Part shown: in pieces, positions 60,445 through 64,000 of the stretch | Position numbering within the stretch: the first letter of the stretch is position 1 | Layout of the letters: each line of letters begins with the position of its first letter | Source of the DNA: an uncultured Candidatus Saccharibacteria bacterium | GTDB lineage: Bacteria; Patescibacteriota; Minisyncoccia; Phycocordibacterales; DSPV01 | DNA: 64,000 nt | Assembly: GCA_964617735.1 (NCBI GenBank) | Contig: CAZTXT010000001.1 | Span: 459,589 to 523,588 of the forward strand | Reading direction: 5' to 3' | Position numbers and translations under genes: made by a program | The notes under the pieces: generated by a model | What the model saw: only the letters and a program-made list of their open reading frames with translations | What the model was told of the DNA's origin: nothing | Database searches by the model: none

Positions 60445-60811
60445 ATTTGATAGATTCTATCTTTACCAAAAAATAAGGCTGGCGATGGCCGCGGCGGATG
60501 AAATAACGGCTCTTCTGTTTGTATTTGATCACCTCGACTTTTCTGTCCCGCCACGACTTCTCCAACACTCCGGTGACTTTTGCGCCTGAAATATAGGGGG
60601 TGCCGACTGTCGTGTCCTGGCCGTTGTCTACGACAAGTACTTTATCAAAGGTCAGTGTATCCCCTTCCTTGTGCTCCCCTGCGAGTTTCTCGATTTTAAC
60701 AGTCTGTCCGGCCGAAACGACATACTGCTTGCCGCCGGTCGTGATAACGGCGAATTCAGACGTCTCTCGGGCGTTTTGTGTTTTGGTTGTTTTTTTCGCT
60801 TCTGCCATCAT
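60443..60811 (-). CDS. rplU: 50S ribosomal protein L21
   Basis: AVITTGGKQY, GTPYI and GHRQPY motifs. Confidence 0.96.
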   Translation of the reverse strand: MMAEAKKTTKTQNARETSEFAVITTGGKQYVVSAGQTVKIEKLAGEHKEGDTLTFDKVLVVDNGQDTTVGTPYISGAKVTGVLEKSWRDRKVEVIKYKQKSRYFIRRGHRQPYFLVKIESIK

Positions 60812-60924
60812 AGTGAGTGAATCTACATTTTACACAAAAAAGATGGCTGCGCAAGGTGCGCACAGTTAAGTACCTATTAACTTACTTATTAGAAGTGTTC
60901 CGAGAGGAGCACTTTTAACTCAAT

Positions 60925-61974
60925 TTATTCTCGTTCAGGACCAATGACTACAACCGGCTCGATCCCAATCCGTTCACCCGTGATACGGTATACATCTTTG
61001 TCGATCTTACCAAATTCCTTGTATGCCGCCGTATAATGATTGGCAGCGGTCTGAAGTGTATTCCCAAGCTTTTTCATATATTCGTCATACGCCCCGAGAT
61101 GCTTATCAAGCTCTGTTACACGCTTTTGTATTTCTTTTGCTTGTTCTTCTATCTGAAGGGATTTAAGACCTTGGAGGACAGTTTGAAGGTAGGCTAAAAA
61201 CGAAGTCGGAGAAACGATGATGACTTTCTTCCCGAACGCGTACTCAATCAAATCACGAGTCGATGTCTTCACTGCGCCAACCTGGTTAATCAGAAGATCG
61301 TAGTAGATACCCTCTGACGGGATGAACATAAACGCAAACTCCGTCGTTCCTTCCTCCGGACGAACATATTTAGCGGTTTCATCAATACGAAGTTTCAGAT
61401 CCTGCTTGAATACTTTTTCCAATCGTTCTTTTTCCGCTAAGTCTCGTGTTTCTAAGATGCGATTGTAATTATCTAGCGAGAATTTTGAGTCAATTGGAAT
61501 CACACGGTCACGGATTTTGACTACAGCATCAACAATCTCTCCGTTTGGAAAGGGGTACTGAATCTGGTATGTACCGGGTGGAAGAACATTCTTGAGAACA
61601 GTCTCGAGATAATACTCTCCTAATACACCGCGCTGCTTAGGATTCTTAAGAATGTCCTGGAGGTTCTGCAACTGATCTGCGAACGAGACAACTTGTTTGT
61701 TCGTCTCATCAAGTCTCGTAAGTCGCTCCGTAACATCCTTAACCAAACGATAGGACTCATGCATTTGACCCTGTACGCTTTCATGCATTGTCTTAGTGGA
61801 ACGCTCTAATCTATCCCCCATCGTACGGCTCAATTCAGCAATTTGTTGCTGAAGCATAGTTAGGCCTTGCGCAGAAGCTTCTCCATTCTGTGCGGGTTTA
61901 CGGGATACGAGAAAAATAATTACAACAAGTAATCCAACAGCGACAACACTAAATATACCAATGATATTCATCAT
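60925..61974 (-). CDS. rmuC: DNA recombination protein RmuC
   Basis: NPKQRGVLGE, IDSKF, FAFMFIPSE and VSPTSF motifs. Confidence 0.93.
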   Translation of the reverse strand: MMNIIGIFSVVAVGLLVVIIFLVSRKPAQNGEASAQGLTMLQQQIAELSRTMGDRLERSTKTMHESVQGQMHESYRLVKDVTERLTRLDETNKQVVSFADQLQNLQDILKNPKQRGVLGEYYLETVLKNVLPPGTYQIQYPFPNGEIVDAVVKIRDRVIPIDSKFSLDNYNRILETRDLAEKERLEKVFKQDLKLRIDETAKYVRPEEGTTEFAFMFIPSEGIYYDLLINQVGAVKTSTRDLIEYAFGKKVIIVSPTSFLAYLQTVLQGLKSLQIEEQAKEIQKRVTELDKHLGAYDEYMKKLGNTLQTAANHYTAAYKEFGKIDKDVYRITGERIGIEPVVVIGPERE

Positions 61975-62031
61975 GGTTTACAAACCAAACCAGAAAGTTT
62001 GGTGATTCTTAATTTTTAATAACCGCCGGTT

Positions 62032-62134
62032 ACCTGTCTTCAGTTCGCCTCCAAGTCAAGCGGCTAAGCTCATTTCTCATCCTCTGGATGCGAGCTTCGT
62101 CGAGAGATGTATAGAAGCCTGTCGAAACAGGTGT
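62032..62134 (-). ncRNA. Candidate structured RNA (rod with central bubble) upstream of rmuC
   Basis: TTGACA-16-TATACT promoter (62166-62139); ACCTGT/ACAGGT, GCTTCT/GGAGGC, AAGCTC/GAGCTT and CATCC/GGATG pairings. Confidence 0.45.
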
Positions 62135-62236
62135 ATCCAGTATATCCGTCACCGCAACCCTGTCAATACACCCGCACAACTTGAGTACGTGTTCAGGACA
62201 CGATAGAATCACGCCATACAAACTTAATCTCGATTC

Positions 62237-62692
62237 ATGTCTATACACACAGATTTACGAGCGAAGATAAAAGACGCGATGAAGGCCAAGGATGCGGTCC
62301 GTCTTGGCGTCGTTCGCGGGCTAGTCGCCGCATTCGTTAATGAGCTGGTGGCTAAAAACAGAAAGCCTGACGGCCAACTGACTGACGAGGAGGCGCTTGC
62401 GGTCATTCGCCGCAACGTCAAACAGCGAAAAGATTCCATCGAGCAATTCCAGAAAGGCGACAGACAGGATCTCGTTGATTCAGAAATGGCCGAATTGAAG
62501 ATACTTGAGACTTATCTCCCTGCGCAAATAAGTGAAGCAGAGATAAAAAAGGTGGTCAGTGCGAAACAGCAGGAGCTTGGCATCATGGAGAAAACTAAGT
62601 CAGGACAACTGATGTCGGCAGTCATGAAAGAGCTTAAAGGAAAAGCCGACGGCAACGAAGTCAAAAAAGCGGTTGAGGCTGTTTTGAAATAA
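62237..62692 (+). CDS. GatB/YqeY domain protein
   Basis: AMKAKD, KQRKDSIEQF...RQDL...E..IL..YLP and KGKADG motifs. Confidence 0.93.
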   Translation: MSIHTDLRAKIKDAMKAKDAVRLGVVRGLVAAFVNELVAKNRKPDGQLTDEEALAVIRRNVKQRKDSIEQFQKGDRQDLVDSEMAELKILETYLPAQISEAEIKKVVSAKQQELGIMEKTKSGQLMSAVMKELKGKADGNEVKKAVEAVLK

Positions 62693-62741
62693 AAAACGGG
62701 TCCCCACGCTTGTGAGGACCCGTCTTGGGTACATCGCCCGA

Positions 62742-62915
62742 TCATCCCGTCACACAATAGAGATCGCGGTGAGGAAATACAGGCGGTGGAGGCATCGTCA
62801 GAACGATTTGCTGCTGTTCTTGCCTTCTCAAATGAGCGACAAAATCGTCATTGAGCGCTTCTTGATGAATCTCCACTTCAGTGGAGGCATCGTCGGGTAT
62901 GGTTTGTTTTTCCAT
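62742..62915 (-). CDS. 57-aa hypothetical protein (below the ORF-track cutoff)
   Basis: MEKQTIPDDASTEVEIHQEALNDDFVAHLRRQEQQQIVLTMPPPPVFPHRDLYCVTG; TTGACA-16-TAGTAT promoter; terminator at 62692-62723. Confidence 0.5.
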   Translation of the reverse strand: MEKQTIPDDASTEVEIHQEALNDDFVAHLRRQEQQQIVLTMPPPPVFPHRDLYCVTG

Positions 62916-63019
62916 AAAGAACTAAGGGGATACATACTATCGAAAGAACGAACTTTGTCAAACCAAGCATGGTCTTTCTTGACTAGGCAATAAGTATAGG
63001 GTATATTCATGAACGGCTT

Positions 63020-63214
63020 ATGAATCCCAGACCTTTCACCCCTCGGGAACTGGAGATCCTCCAGCTCTCGAAGAAATTGCACGAGAAATTCGCGAAAGCG
63101 AATACTCCTCAAAAGCAACGCGAGGTCCTCCTAGAATGGAACCAAGCCTTCGGGGAGGATCCGGGCAAAGCAAGTTTGCGCTATATTGCCTACGAGACAA
63201 TTAGGCGCAACTAG
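63020..63214 (+). CDS. Small hypothetical protein
   Basis: TTGACT-17-TATATT promoter; terminator ACGGGCCACC/GGTGGTCCGT. Confidence 0.6.
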   Translation: MNPRPFTPRELEILQLSKKLHEKFAKANTPQKQREVLLEWNQAFGEDPGKASLRYIAYETIRRN

Positions 63215-63592
63215 TAATAGTGAACGTACATCAACGGGCCACCAAATGGTGGTCCGTTTTTCTCTTCACAGAAAAACTTGCAAGGATTCTTCAGTTACGC
63301 TATAAATTACAGTTGGTACGGCGCCATTGGGATGGCGCAATCGCTGTTCTTGAACCAACTTCCATACACCTATGCTTCACAGTAGTACTGCAGGCCGCGG
63401 TACATTCAGTACCGCCTTCTCATCGCACCTCATGTCAAAATCAGATTGGGGAAACAGTGGTGTAACCTTCTTCCCCCAAACACCGCAGAGCAGGAAACGC
63501 CGAATCAGAAGATCATTTCGGCCCGATACGAGAAAAATGCCGCCTCCTATGATACGGTAGCAGTCTGAAGCAGTTGAGCGCCCTCCGAACCT

Positions 63593-64000
63593 TTAGTTCG
63601 TCGGGCGCTTTCTTTTAAAATCTGTTTCGAGCACAAAACGGTATCGCCGTTTCGACCAGATGGGGCCTGCATAGGCGACCCCGATGCGAGGAGTGCGGCG
63701 CACACTGTGGCTTGAGATCTTTTTACCTCGCTCAAACCACAGTCCCGTCGTGCTGTTCGCAGGTTTTCCATTGAGCAGTCCGGTGATGCGCAATCCTTTT
63801 GTCAGAGTTCCAGGGCCGTGATATTCCTCTATCCCGCGAATGAGAACCGCCGCCGGATGTCCCAGGCGTCCGGTTACTATATTGAGCATCCAGTGCATAC
63901 CGTAGACGAAATAAACATACCAGACGCCGGGCTTGCCGAACATAACGGCATTGCGTGCGGTCTTGCCGCGTGCGGCATGGGACGCTAAGTCGCGTGGACC
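63593..64000 (-). CDS. DNA-3-methyladenine glycosylase (MPG/AAG family), 5'-truncated by the window edge
   Basis: YVYFVYGMHWMLNIV, AAVLIR, GPGTLT and RIGV motifs. Confidence 0.92.
   Translation of the reverse strand, partial: GPRDLASHAARGKTARNAVMFGKPGVWYVYFVYGMHWMLNIVTGRLGHPAAVLIRGIEEYHGPGTLTKGLRITGLLNGKPANSTTGLWFERGKKISSHSVRRTPRIGVAYAGPIWSKRRYRFVLETDFKRKRPTN

Noticed and set aside
62786-62894. 14-bp direct repeat GTGGAGGCATCGTC (62786 and 62881)
   Set aside because: Only two copies inside a small ORF, with no element structure

Overview
Chromosomal window of a Candidate Phyla Radiation bacterium (Patescibacteria, most like Parcubacteria). TGA is used as a stop codon, so the code is standard table 11. 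The backbone is housekeeping: ddl, zwf-pgl, ychF, leuS, mltG, mnmA, a shortened alaS, the infA-rpmJ-rpsM-rpsK-rpsD-rpoA-rplQ-rplM-rpsI cluster, grpE/dnaK/dnaJ, trpS, scpAB, mraY-ftsW-murG, gltX, rpmA, rplI, ctpA, corA, cysS, dnaB, recR, rplU, rmuC and yqeY. There are six tRNAs without encoded CCA (Ala x3, Pro x2, Val). I see no CRISPR array, transposase, integrase or rRNA. The most interesting signals are: (1) a degenerate 30-bp site repeated three times at 10647-11119, separating self-contained promoter-gene/sRNA-terminator modules like a cassette array; (2) two translation-initiation modes, with housekeeping genes apparently leaderless (-10 box exactly 6 nt before ATG) and scattered orphan genes carrying a GAAAGG Shine-Dalgarno; (3) two palindrome-rich non-coding elements that carry inverted and direct copies of the 3' ends of tRNA-Ala(CGC) and rpsI; (4) several promoter-driven structured ncRNA candidates and one attenuator-like switch; (5) a secreted, outer-membrane-beta-barrel-like protein in a lineage believed to lack an outer membrane. 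Family assignments come from motif recognition by eye, not from database searches.
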